Shown: positions 23,471-37,308 of the stretch, one piece after another
Position numbering within the stretch: the first letter of the stretch is position 1
Layout of the letters: the number at the start of each line of letters is the position of its first letter
Source: Octopus vulgaris
Lineage: Eukaryota
Length of the DNA stretch: 64,000 nt
NCBI GenBank assembly: GCA_951406725.2
Contig: OX597822.1
Span: 66,712,001-66,776,000, forward strand
Direction of reading: 5' to 3'
Notes under the pieces: generated by a model
What the model was told of the DNA's origin: nothing
What the model saw: only the letters and a program-made list of their open reading frames with translations
Database searches by the model: none
Position numbers and translations under genes: made by a program

Positions 23471-24645
23471 CATGCCCCTCTGTATTTCATTCACTATTGT
23501 GTGCTGTTAGCGCAGGGCTTGGAACTTTCCAGTATTATGTTGCATGATGTGGTCCTTAGCTCAACAGTTTTTTTGTTTTTTGCAACATACTCCTGTTGCT
23601 GGTGCGCAATATCTCCAGGGTTATGTACCTTTTGAGAGGTACCTTAAGCATAGCTAGCAACGGTGATTATCTGAGTAGATGGGGGATGTCTCAAAGAGCT
23701 ACAAATGAATAGCATGAGCATTAAAAAAAAGATATATATATATATATGCTTGAAGATATATATATATATATATTTATTTATTTATTTATGTTTATATATT
23801 TATATGTGTGCGTGTAAATGAATGAGTGTGTGAATGTTTCTGTGTGTGCCTGTGTAACTATTTAATACGAACCGGTACTACGATGTGCCAATAGGTTAGT
23901 ATGTTACTTTCCAGAACGATATCGGATGCTTGCAGTGTAAATATTTACACGGCATCTAAGTTAGAAGTGACAAATCCAGTGATTTCTAAATACATTCTCT
24001 ACGCACTTATACTTTTCAACACGCTTCATAATTGATGATTGTTTTCTAGCTTACATTAATGAAAACTAATTCCGGCATTGTCCTTACAACAATAGAACAT
24101 TATCCGATATCGCTTTTTGTTAAATCTCTCTATTAATATCGACAATAATAATTGTACTCGAAATCCTCACAGGTTCTGACTAAGTTAAGGAATACATTAA
24201 CAAAGGTTAGATAAATGACCCTAATACTTATTGCTTCAGAAGTCAATATATTGGATTCTTTTGATATATAAGTAGGCGTTTGAATTTAGGAAATATTTAT
24301 GCGTTACCGAAAGGAAAACGGTTATATCGATTATGAGTTCTAATCCGAATAATGTGAAACTTCTATTCCAGAATACTGCTATCAATAACACCGGTACAAG
24401 GTAAGTAATGAGGTTGATTTTATCGATTATTTTTTCTTAGCAAATTTATGGATTTGTGTCAATTGAAAAATAATCATTCTCATGAAGAAATTTGCCTTAA
24501 ATTAGCATTGGGGATTACAGGTTTAGAGATTTATTTCATAATTCATAAGGAAATATTTGCAGTGAATTTGCTCACAGTTTTGCTCAAAATGTTGTATTCT
24601 TATATACTGGTGAAGGAATAAATGCATTTTCAACAAATAAATATT

Positions 24646-24985
24646 AGGAGTGGGTGTGTGGTAAGTAGCTTGCTTACCAACCACATTGTTACGGGTTCAT
24701 TCCTTGTTTAATCCTTGTGAGTCGATTTGGTAGGCGGAAAGAAGCCCGTTGTATATATGTATATATATGTATGTATGCGTATATGTTTGTGTTTGTCTCC
24801 TCAACAATGCATGATAACCGATGGTGGTGTGTTTACGTCCCCTCCCCGTAACTTAGCAGTTTGGCAAAAGAGACCCATAGAATAAGTACTAGGTTTCAGA
24901 AGAATAAGTCCTGAGGTCGATTTGCTCGACTAAAGGCGGTGCTCCAGCACGGCCGCAATCAAATGACTGAAACATGTAAAAGAGA
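24646..24985 (+). mobile_element. SINE family A
   Basis: Head and tail match other copies. Confidence 0.85.
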
Positions 24986-25809
24986 ATAACAGAGCGAGTG
25001 ATTTAAAAGAAAAGGGAGATTTAACAACCGTTCTCGCCAGGATTAATGAACAATATATTATACTTATATGAATCAGGCAATATAAAAAACTAGCTATAAA
25101 GCCCAACCGGTAGTATTTAGATATTCAGATACATATGTTGCATAGATTGCAAGCGTTTGATAGGGTTTGCTTGAGCATTCATTAAACGATTTACTGTTAT
25201 GTTGACCTACGATGAAATGTTTTCTACTTTTGAGAAACCTGCCTTTCTATATATCTAGGGTGATATTCAGCCATAGTTTTCTTTCTTTTCTAAGAGAGCA
25301 ATCGATGTGTAAAAAAAATATGGATGAAATATATTTTCCAATTTATACATTTTCCACAAAACATGTTCTTTTTCTGGAATACTATGGTGATAAGTATTTA
25401 TGAAAATATTCATAAAATAGGTGCAAAATGATGAATACCATTCGATATTGTTATTATCCGGCTGAAAGTTTCATTTGTTACAAAAGTGTCTGTCATTCAG
25501 TAAATTATCTCGAAGCGCCATAATTCAAACGTCCGCAATAGTAATCTGATAGCTTCATTGTGTTTCTAAGTGTGGATATATAGGGATACATATGCGTGTG
25601 TTTGGGGGTAGCCGCATGCATTGTGTGCACATGTGTATGTGTGTGTGTGTCTGTGAGTGTGTGCGTACGCGCGTATGTGTGTGTGTGCCTGCAGTAGAAT
25701 CTCGGTTTTCGAACAACTCTGACCACGAATATATCCTACTTTATCTCCTGTCTTTCTCATATTCATTTAATACAGTAATACCTCGGCTTACGAACACGTC
25801 TGATCACGA

Positions 25810-25845
<36 letters not shown>

Positions 25846-25941
25846 ATATATATATATGTATATATATATATACGTACATACATATTCTTTCCTTCGGTGA
25901 TTTGCGACATCTGCTCGCATACCGATCTCTGTCTCTATTTA

Positions 25942-25992
<51 letters not shown>

Positions 25993-27109
25993 CATATAAT
26001 AGCAGCTATTTTCATGTCAAAAGTTGTAATATACTCCTCTCTTAATAGAAATAACCTCCTTCACAATAGTATTTGTCTGATTAAATTAAGTTGTTTATGG
26101 CATTACGGCAAAGTTCAATAACATCCTTACGCATAAATCTAAGTGAAACCACTTCACGGCTTGAAAACGTGATTTCACCTAAACAGACATTTCTTAAAAT
26201 CTAGGAAGCCAAGGGCATGAACAAGTATATAACATGATGAACGAAAATTATAAGTAATTCGCTCTATAACTTTTAAAATTCAAAGACCTATCTTGAAAAA
26301 TAAAATTACAATATAGGCATGTATTTTAACATCCAACAATTCTACAAAAAGCCCGTATATTTTAATGAGAAATATCTTATCTTCTTTCAGCACAAATCAA
26401 ACTTGAACTTTAACGATGAACTATTGCAACGTTGTAGGCGTTTTACATTTCCTATGATTTCGAAATATTTGTTTCTGAATGATTTAATATTTTATTCATG
26501 ATTTCGAAATAATTCCGTCGTATTTTTCTAATCCTAAATACTTTTATTCTAAACATCACTTTCGATCACTAAATTCCATAAGTGATTTTAATCTCATGTT
26601 TTCATTTTTTAACATGATAACTTATCGAGCAGGATACAACCTAAGCGAACATTTAGGATATCATATTATATATTATGTCATATTATTTGATTACTTTTTT
26701 TTAAAGAAATTATTACTCCTACACTGAAATTAATTGGATATGATTTTTTAAACATATTCCTATGCATATTTTTTCCGTGCCCTTACATATTTCGAAATTG
26801 AATTTCGTCCATTTTTGTTTTGCAAATTTTTTGTCTTTGTGTGTCCGTGTCTGGTTTTCCTTTCCTTCGGTGATTTGCGGCATGAGTTGGTATAACTCTC
26901 TTGCTCCAATCTGTCTGTCTGCCTGTCTCTCTCCCTCTTTCTCCCTCTCTCTTTTCCTCCTTTTCTCTCACTCTCTGAGAGATGTTAATTAATATTCGTG
27001 ATAATGCAAGAACAAAATTTTTACTTCCAAGAAGAGTAGTTTGGCTCAGTAACATATTCATAGCTGCATGCTAAAGTAACTTTCAGTCGCCCACATGTCT
27101 ACTCGCATA

Positions 27110-27830
<721 letters not shown>

Positions 27831-28954
27831 ACCATGAATATCCACTGACTACAACCGATGATAATTTTAATTTTGTATAGTATAGACTTTATGTCTTATT
27901 AAATATAAATACACAAAGGAGAAAATGTCTCTCCATAAGCTTTTCTTCCTCTATATTTCTTGCTACCTACAATGAATATTTGTGTATATACATATATACA
28001 TACTCAAAAGGATAAAGGTGAGAGCTTCACTCTACGTATGTAGGGATATATGTAAGAATAGAGAGTAAGTCTACTATTATGAACAGTCATTCTATTCCGT
28101 TTACCGACCAACATCAGTTGCCCTTATGTCGTAAATATCTGTATGTAAAACGCATCCACTTTAAGCACAATCTCACTTGAAGCACCTTACATATATTCAT
28201 ATAGCTAGATGAGACTACACACAAATATGTACACAGATATAGAAAACACTACACACACATACAAACACATTCATTAAATTCTATTAAATTATTATATCCC
28301 ACAACTTGTCCTTAGACATTGGATGAATTACTTTGAAATCAATATATTCCATCTTGGTAATATTTCTATAGGTACACTTCACCGCTTCCCCCACTCCATT
28401 TCAACTTCCTAAATTTAATATTATTTCCAATTAGACTTGACTTGAGCATTAAAAGAAAACTGAAGAGCAATTTAATGTTATATTGTGTGAATTTCATTCT
28501 GTAGAACGACACGCCGCCACCGCCTAGCGATGGATTGTAATTGCCTCACTCGTTTTTCCGACTCGTCCTATCTGCCTTTCATGTACATACATGTATACAT
28601 ACATACATTCATGCACCCCCCATATATATATATATATATATATGTGCGTGTATGTGTGTGTATACACACATACAATTATATCTGTATATATACTCGATAG
28701 ATATAAAATATGAGGGCGAAAATGAGAAGCGTGTATATATATATATATCGAATTGTATACTTCTATATTTCTACAGTCTTATATGAATATACATTCTTTG
28801 TATGCGATATAGAACAGGATATGAGTATATATAATATGTATCCTCTGACGTACGCATGCGTATGCTAATGTATATGTGCGTCTGTATATGTTCATGTGCC
28901 TCCCTTTGTGCTCGCGTTTATGCACGTGTGTGTGTACATTTCTTATGTTAGGAT

Positions 28955-29007
28955 TATATATATATGTGTGTGTATATACATACATATGTATGCTCTTATA
29001 TTGACAT

Positions 29008-29039
<32 letters not shown>

Positions 29040-29058
29040 CTTCATATATATTTATATA

Positions 29059-29107
<49 letters not shown>

Positions 29108-29150
29108 ATATATGTTTATATATATATATGTGTCTGTATAAATATATATA

Positions 29151-29192
<42 letters not shown>
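28955..29192. repeat. (TA)n microsatellite
   Basis: Direct reading. Confidence 0.9.
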
Positions 29193-29194
<2 letters not shown>

Positions 29195-30334
29195 GCTACA
29201 AAGAGAAATAGAAGTACACAAATTTAATATAAATTGAGATTGTCTAAAGCAAATATAATTTCAAAAACATATATATATGTATGTATGTATGTATATATGC
29301 ATGTATGTTTGTATGCACACATGGATGTGCCTTTGTACTTGCATGTGTGTGTGGAGGGTTGTGTCCGTGTGATGGAATTGCAAAGGTCTAATTCGTTGGC
29401 CTTTTACCTTGATCTCATTACGAACTTTTAAATGGCTTATACGTCCTATTTTACGTTTGAAAGTTATTCTCAATGCAAGAAAGTTTGTTCTGCTTCTAAA
29501 TCATTTACGTGAATGTTTTTTTTTTTTTTTGTGCTTGTGCCTCACTCCACCTTATTTTTTCTTTTTTTTTTGTTAATACTCAGCTTTTGCCAACTAGTCT
29601 TCTTGATCGTTCGTCACGTTTTTCTATCCTTAGCAATTTATTTATCAGCTGTTACATAGATGTCACAACACCCTATCTTGGTTTACGTTTCTTTTTTACT
29701 CTTTCTCGTTTGTGTCATAGATGCCATCTTTAGTCTAATGGTAGCAGTGTTCTATCGGTTGATTTTGAGATAGTTGATTTGGAAAATCTTTAGAAAATTC
29801 TCTCTCAGTCGATTTCTTGAGGTATTCCAATCTTCAATGCCGGTGTTCATATTTTGATATTTATTTCTGAACCGATATCCTTTTTCTCAATGTGGCGGGA
29901 ATGAAACAATGGCCCGTTCACTGTCCAAACATACCATTAACAAGTTTTTTTGTTTAATACATCTTGTTTGTGCTGATATTGTAATGTGATATTTAATACA
30001 AGGACCAACGTTTGGTATAGGCCTGATGTGTAATTTTCCGTTGTAATACCATCTTTGTATTCATCAATTGTATTCAGGCTATTGGCTGTGTTCATTTGTT
30101 CTTTGCCATTAAAACAAATCTGCACAGGAATCTCATTCACCTCTGGCATCGTTGTTGCAGCGAAGGAAATGATAATTCAGTTAGGGTGATGTAATTTCAC
30201 CTCGTATCGCCTAACGATATTGACTTGTTAGCGTTTAATGAGCTTGTTCAGCAAGGGCAAGAAACGTTCGTTAAATTTCAATGGTTTTAAGTCAGCTCAG
30301 CGAATTTTTATAGGAAAATCCTTATCTTCAATCG

Positions 30335-30645
30335 CTTTTACTCTTTTACTTGTTTCAGTCATTTGACTGTGGCCATGCTGGAGCACCACATTTAATCGGG
30401 CAAATCGACCCCAGGACTTAATCTTTGTAAGCCTAGTACTTATTCTATCGGTCTCTTTTGCCAAACCGCTAAGTTACGGTGACGTAAACATACCAGCATC
30501 GGTTGTCAGGCGATGTCGAGGGGACAAACACAGACACACAAACATATACACACATACATATATACGACGGACTTCGTTCAGTCTACCAAATCCACTCGCA
30601 AGGCTTTGGTCGGCTTGAGGCTATAGTAGAATACACTTGCCCAAG
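30335..30645 (-). mobile_element. SINE family A, 5'-truncated
   Basis: CTCTTTTACTTGTTTCAGTCATTTGACTGTGGCCATGCTGGAGCACC ... ACACTTGCCCAAG. Confidence 0.88.
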
Positions 30646-31159
30646 GGATTAGGTGCAGCGCGAAGAAGCTCTCAGTTCTTCACAGAACTAAATACAGTAA
30701 CAGCAAAGCCAAATCTAAAAGATGAGATGGATTTTTGTACTATAAGCTCTATTTCAAACACATTGAGTTCGCTAAAAAAAGCCTCCATTTTTGTCAAGAT
30801 CTAAATTTTCCAAATTGTTGTTTGAACTGTCGTAATTTTGACCCGGAAACCACCGTCTTCAAAGTCAACGGCATCATTCTCAGATCTGTAGAGAAATGCT
30901 TGCCTCTTCCCTGCAAGTCATGCAACAAATAGACGTTTTATATACACTCACTCGCACAGGCACGCGTTCATATATATTTTATTTATACAAACAGAATTGT
31001 ACACATACATATATACAGACAGAGAGATAGATAGGATATCGGTTCAGAAATAAATAGATAGACAGGAGATAGGTACATGGATACATACGTACGTGCATAC
31101 ACACATATATACATACATGCATACATACGTACGTACATAAATGCGTACATACATACATC

Positions 31160-31534
31160 GTAGCACTCCATCGTTTACGACGACGAGGGTTCCAGTTGAT
31201 CGGATCAACGGAACAGCCTGCTTGTGAAATTAACGTGAAAGTGGCTGAGCACTCCACAGACACTTGTACCCTTAAAGTGGTTCTCGGTGAGATTCAGCGT
31301 GATACAGAGTGTGACAAGGCTGGCCCTTTGAAAATACAGGAAACAGAAAGAAAGAGTGAGAGAAAGTTGCGGTGAAAGAGTAGAGCAGGGATCGCTACCA
31401 TCCCCTGCCGGATCCTCGTGAAACTTTAGGTGTTTTCGCTCAATAAACACTCACAACGCCCGGTTTGCGAATCGAAACCGTGATCCTACCACCGCGAGTC
31501 CGCTGCGCTAACCACTTGGCCATTGCGCCTCCAC
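31160..31534 (-). mobile_element. tRNA-derived SINE family C (tail type 1)
   Basis: Minus head GTGGAGGCGCAATGGCCAAGTGGTTAGCGCAGCGGACTCGCGG...GGTTTCGATTCG; body GTGTTTATTGAGCGAAAACACCTAAAG. Confidence 0.88.
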
Positions 31535-32494
31535 ATACATACATAGATACATACATACACACATTGATGCACGCATGCATGTACACATTCATTTCTATTT
31601 AAAATATTGTCAGATTACAGAAGCTTATATGGCTCTACTGATTTAGGCAGCGTGTATTACAGGATTTTCTTATAAAAATCAGTTAGTTATATAATTTGTT
31701 TTGATCAGATTTTACGTTCATTAAGTAGTTGCATATCAGATCATGTCTCCAATGAAAAGAAATGTTGTGTTCTTCGTTATTTATAAAATTGGTTAGAAAT
31801 TTTCAAAGACTTTAAAATTGCATTCGTGGAATTCATTATATCCTGAATAGAGCCTGCAGTAAACAAATTACATCATAAAATTTAAATGTAATAGGAAAGT
31901 ACAGAAAGCTCATCTTGAAAACAAGAACATTGAAACTCGTATTTTTTTTTTTACTTATAAGAACCATCTATATCTTTGTCGATCACCTTCTGTTTCTATA
32001 CGTTTTTTCTTTCTTAACGTCTATTGCCTACATTATAAGAATGCTACTTGTTTGATTAACTGCAATATAGAAAGAAAAAAAAACATTTATAGATTGAAGA
32101 GCCATTGTCAAAAAGAAGAATATTATGAGAAATACAAAGACATAGTTATAAAGAATTATTCCGACCAACATAAATAAATTAAAGCTTAATCGTGTAAACA
32201 GATATACAGAAGATTATAGAATTCGACGAAGAAATAGCTATTTTCACATATCAGATAATCAGAGAGGTGAAAATTAGGGTTACAAATCAAAGCAGATTTC
32301 TCAGTTTTATCATATAGAAAAGAACAACATAAGTTTGTATATGTATGTATATATACGAGTGCGCGTATTGGTAGGGGCTTATGATTGTGTGTAAGATTGC
32401 TCACACCTTCCTAAAGAGTGAGCGCAAAACAATTTTGTGATCACCGATTTTTCACTATGGGTAAGATACGTCGAACATTCTATTACGGGGTGAC

Positions 32495-32955
32495 TATGTA
32501 GTAAGAATTTTTCTTCCCAGCCACATGGTTCCAGGTTTCGTTCCAGTTCTTGTCACTGTGTGCAAGTGTGTTCATTATCGCCTCGGGCTGACCAAAGTGA
32601 TTACATAAGGGATTTGGTAGTCGGAAGCCGAAAGAAGACCCCCCGTATACATATTTACATATATAAATACATACATACATACATACATACATACATACAT
32701 ACATACATACATACATACATACATACATACATGTGTGTGTGTGTTTGTGTGTGTACGTATATATATGGAGGCGGTTGTGTTTGTCCCTCACCACTGCTTG
32801 GCAACCAGTTATTTGGCGGTTCGACCAAAGAGCCCGATAGAATAAGTACTAGGCTTTAAAGAGGTAATGATTTCATTTCCTCCAACCGAAAACTATTCAA
32901 GGCAGTGCTGCAGCTTGACCGTAGTTTAATCACTGAAGCAAGTAAGAGATAAAAG
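32495..32955 (+). mobile_element. Older SINE family A-related copy with (CATA)n
   Basis: CCACATGGTTCC...GGATTTGGTAG...GATAGAATAAGTACTAGGC. Confidence 0.7.
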
Positions 32956-33069
32956 AAGGATATGCAGGGTAGGTACTTTACCCTTATAATGTATTGATTG
33001 CGTGAGTGTACTGTGACTAACAGTCAGAAAATAAATAGCATTATTTTTAGTCTTATAAATTGAATTATT

Positions 33070-33334
33070 TCGCGGTTTCGATTCCCAGACTGGCCGTTGT
33101 GAGTGTTTATTGAGCGAAAACACCTAAAGTTCCACGAGGATCCGGCAGTGGCTGGGGGGGGGGGGGGGGCGATTCCTGCTGTACTCTTTTGCCACAACTT
33201 TCTCTCACTCTTTCTTCTGTTGGCCTGCTCGCTTAGCCAGCGGAGTGGCGTCATTTGAAGGCTAAAACAATGCGAAGCGCATCGTGACCAGCGATGTGTA
33301 GCAACATCTGATAACCTGGTCGGTCACCGTCACG

Positions 33335-33339
<5 letters not shown>
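33070..33339 (+). mobile_element. SINE family C (tail type 2), 5'-truncated
   Basis: GGTTTCGATTCCCAGAC...GAGCGAAAACACCTAAAG...GTGACCAGCGATGTGTAGCAACATCTGAT...GGTCGGTCAC. Confidence 0.85.
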
Positions 33340-33365
<26 letters not shown>

Positions 33366-33523
33366 CGGAAGGCCTCCACGACGGTGGAGTAACGATTTCT
33401 GTAGGACGATTGGAATTACGTGGATAAGAATGACGCGATCCAGAGAGGAGTGGACAGCGTGCTGTGACCAGTGGTGTAAAATGGATACCCGACGCATTCG
33501 TCGGTCAAGGTGACCAAGGTGAC
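33366..33523 (+). mobile_element. RTE LINE extreme 3' end
   Basis: Translates GRPPRRWSNDFCRTIGITWIRMTRSREEWTACCDQW; ends in CAAGGTGAC tandem tail. Confidence 0.75.
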
Positions 33524-34394
33524 ATATCTCTCTATATTTATAAAACTGAGAATGTGTGTCTGACGGTGTGTTTCCCTAAAACTTGAGAACTGCACAACCA
33601 ATTTCATTCAAATTTTTCACATGCCTTACTTACGGTCCATGTAGTGTCATAGGCAAAAAAATCTTTAACTTCTCGCCTAGGGCGAGCCCACAGCAATATC
33701 ATATCTTCTCCACTCATTCAGTATTACGTGTTAAAAGTGAAACAAAAACATCTCTCTATTGTATGTATATGGATTTATATATATATATATATATATTACA
33801 AAATATAAAGTTATATCTTGAGATCGTTAGTGACAACAACGCTCAAAATATATAAGAGACTGGAATAGTAATGCTCAAATGAGCTGTATACACTTTTTAA
33901 TCCGAGGGGAGGCAATGCGAGCAGCAACACAAGAACACTACAAAATCCGCAGAAAGATCAAACACATACATAGATTCATTTATATCTACAGAACAGATAT
34001 AAAGTCCGACGTTTAGAAATATATAGTAATATATAAATATATAAACATCATATAAAAATATATTGTACGCAAAAGATCTACTCGACGTTCCATAAGAAAT
34101 TTAGAAATAAAAATAGCAATAAAAGTTAGAGGTAATAATAACAATTGAATTAAATATAGTAAATATAGTAAGTTGTAATTAAAATAAAACTAAAATATGG
34201 TAATTAAATCGTAATATAACAATTAAAAGATAAAATGGCAATTAGTATAAAATGTATCAAGGACTTGAACTCGAATATGTGGCTTTGCATGAATGGGAGA
34301 AATTAAAAGATTAAAAATTTAATTGAGTGCAGAAGTGAATTAGTCAAGATGGAGCTGTGCGCATACAATTTACTATAGCTGCTAGATTGAATTA

Positions 34395-34781
34395 TCTCTC
34401 TATATATAAACGGCAGTTTGTCTGTGCGTGTTTCTGTGTGTCTGTTTTCTCGTACCCTCACCCTGACCACGGCTTTCAACCGATTCTGATGAAACTTGAC
34501 ACACGCATAGCCCAATGTCATAATTCAAAACTAACGCAGCGAAAATTTTGAAAAGTTCCCCCAGTTCTGAAAAAAATCGATAAATTCGACATGGGGTCGA
34601 GAATAAAAAAAAACAAACCACAGACTGTCTAGGGGACGCAACTCAACCTTTTTTTACTCTCAAAAAACAATTTACCATAATTTTTTTTCAATTTTTTTGC
34701 TATTTTTTGGCTATAACTCTCTAAAGATGCTTTATAGTTATTTCCCTTACAAACCTGAGCAACGCCGGGCGATACTGCTAG
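34395..34781 (+). mobile_element. Non-autonomous Helitron (nested)
   Basis: A|TCTCTCTATATATAAACGGCAG ... CCTGAGCAACGCCGGGCGATACTGCTAG|T; no TSD. Confidence 0.85.
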
Positions 34782-34907
34782 TATGCTTATAAAGTAGCAT
34801 TCAGTATCAATGAGAATTTTTGGGAGTACGTAATGTCTGGTCTTTCGCGTGTGGCCGGTGTGTAATTGTGCTTTTGTTTCCGTGTACTATGTGTTGTGTA
34901 TAAAAGA

Positions 34908-34984
34908 CATCCTGACGAGGGGAATGTTAATTTTAAATATATGATATGTTTCATATTAATTGGCGCATCTCCGAAACGTAGATG
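34908..34984 (+). ncRNA. Minimal type I hammerhead ribozyme with long stem II loop
   Basis: CATC-CTGACGA-GGGGAATG...CATCTCC-GAAA-CG-TA-GATG; stem I extends via AAAAG/CTTTT; intact core. Confidence 0.8.
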
Positions 34985-35155
34985 AACTTTTATGTATTTT
35001 TGTAGATTTGTATATTTATCTTCTATGTATTTTTCTCTGGAATTTTAATTCGCCTTTTTAATATATCATTGTATGTTTTATTACCCCCTATTTTTAATTT
35101 AACAAATTTATACCAAACTAGCACTGTGACCTGGCAACACCGGGTCATTATGCTA

Positions 35156-35196
<41 letters not shown>

Positions 35197-36333
35197 TGCG
35201 TGCACATCTTTTAGAATTCATTGAAAATGAATTCTCGGTTATGTACCGTATATTTATGCCAGAACGGATTAATTATAACATCACTAAAATACCAAAAACA
35301 AAACCTTAAACCTGGAAAACTAATTGGATATTAATGATTATATTGTGAATAATACGCCAAGTAAAGTTTTCAAAAAATGATAATCTTATTTTGAAAGAGA
35401 GACGAATTTTATATTAGTTACCCGAGGATTAATTATTACCGATCAGCTCTTTCAAATTATTTAGTAAACTTAACCAGTTGAATCCCACCTAATGAGCTGA
35501 ATGGTGAGTATTTGAAACTTCAAATGTGATTTTTAACGTAACCTCAATCACGTTCATTTAATCACCTATTGACAAAAGACAAGTCGTTCGGTAAAAGTGC
35601 ACGAAAGTTGCTTATAAAATCGATATTTTACGAAATATCTTCCAAAAGCAATATTAATATATGTTTAAAAAAATAACAAAGAAAAGAAAGGTTTACTTGC
35701 TTGCCACCAATGTCTGGCGTCTTAGAAGTTATGCGATCTTTTATAGGTTCAATAAATGAAAATTCCAGCTGACAGAATGAATTTCATATTTATATTTTTG
35801 TTTCTTTCAATTTTCCTTCATATTAATCCATGATTCTTTTTTTTCTTTTTTTATTAATGGCGTGTTATTGTCATTTGTCTTTTAATATTGCACATGACGT
35901 GACGAAGATGAAAGCATGAATCTAATCGCTATGAAACAAGCCCGTTTTGGAGTTTGTAAAAATATTAAAATAAAACAAACAAATGTGTTATATGATAGTT
36001 AAACATCAGAAACAACAAAAGCACAACGAAAATCGAAATTTTAGTAATTTTGACTGAAATAAATTTTAAGTGCATTAATGAATAATTTTGAAACTTGTAT
36101 AAGCCATAGTTATTAGTATTAGATTATTTTTATTTTCAGTAGTCACATTTATATTGCGTGCAATCACTGCACTATCAAGAGCAGGTCTGTTAATCCTTAG
36201 CTGTTTACTGTGCTTCTTTTCTTTACATTTTCTAATGTATTGGCATTACTTTCTGTAACGCGTGTGTAGTGCATAGCTGTACTACTTTGTACACGTCACT
36301 CATATTTGCAAGTTTTAAATTCTGAGTTATGTA

Positions 36334-36838
36334 CCGTAGATATAGTCCGCCCTTGAGTATAATACGCAGGGGAATTTTAGGGGGCTGTGCCTCTGAAAAG
36401 CCTAAAACTTGTGTAAAATACGCACCCCTTCTCTAACTTGAGTCAAGGAGGTCTATATAACGTCCTTGGTTTGTAAAAATATATATGGTAACGTACTTTA
36501 TTATTATTGTAAATATAACATAATGCAAACGTGTAGCATTTTTGTGCATTTTGTTTTGGGGAAAATAAAGAAATAACAGTAATAATGTTTAATAAATGTT
36601 GCTTACTGCAAGTTATGGATGATTCTTTTATGACTTCATTGCTTTCAGGCTTAGCTTAAGGTATTTTGGCGCCCGACATCACAAAATACGCCTGAATAAA
36701 CATTGCCGGACAGCAAATAGAGACTTGAACATTGCTTAGAAAATAATTTTCATATTTAACCTTGTGTATAATACGCACAAGGGATTTTGACCTTTAAATT
36801 TTGGGGAAAAAATGCGGATTATACTCGAGGATTTACGG
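36334..36838. mobile_element. Tc2-like MITE
   Basis: TA|CCGTA...GAGTATAATACGCA ... TGCGGATTATACTCGAGGATTTACGG|TA. Confidence 0.75.
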
Positions 36839-37308
36839 TATTTACATATTTTCTGTTTATTTCCAAAGGAGTAGTAGGAATTGTGTTTAATTTGAATCCC
36901 CATATTGTGGTTTCTGCTCTTCCAAGACATTTCTCATTTTTATTTCAATAACTTCTCTGTCGCTTTGACATCATCTTTATCGTTTGCTGGGAATTATATT
37001 TCTATTATTTAGTATATTCTTTCTCGGTATGTATTGATAACATTATCCGCCTGATTGGTTTTGATCCCCTTATCACTGCGGATTGATATATCCAAACCGA
37101 TGGTTGCATAGCCATTATCTGAGATAGAATTTTTTTTATATATGTTGATGCCTTTTTTTTTTTTTTGCTATTAGCATTTCAAAATAAACTTCTAAATTTC
37201 AGCGTATGAAAGCTCCAATCCTTTAATACATGCATAGTTGTTCTTCCCTTGTTAACATATGGCAGCCAGAGATAAAGCATTTCATAGTTTCTTCCAAACA
37301 CTAATATA

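Larger units (their letters stand above)
33527..35156 (+). mobile_element. Non-autonomous Helitron (outer)
   Basis: A|TCTCTCTATATTTATAAAACTG start; 3' hairpin TGACCTGG-caaca-CCGGGTCA then CTAG|T. Pairing of this start with this end is inferred. Confidence 0.65.

Noticed and set aside
25889-26880. 18-bp direct repeat TTCCTTCGGTGATTTGCG at ~25889 and ~26863, and two Tigger-like TIR starts at ~25690 and ~25773
   Set aside because: Too short and without a second terminus or context to define an element; probably repeat debris.
33990-34100. AAACGTCGGAC and GAACGTCGAG on the minus strand resembling HHR 3' halves
   Set aside because: No matching CUGANGA core or stems found.
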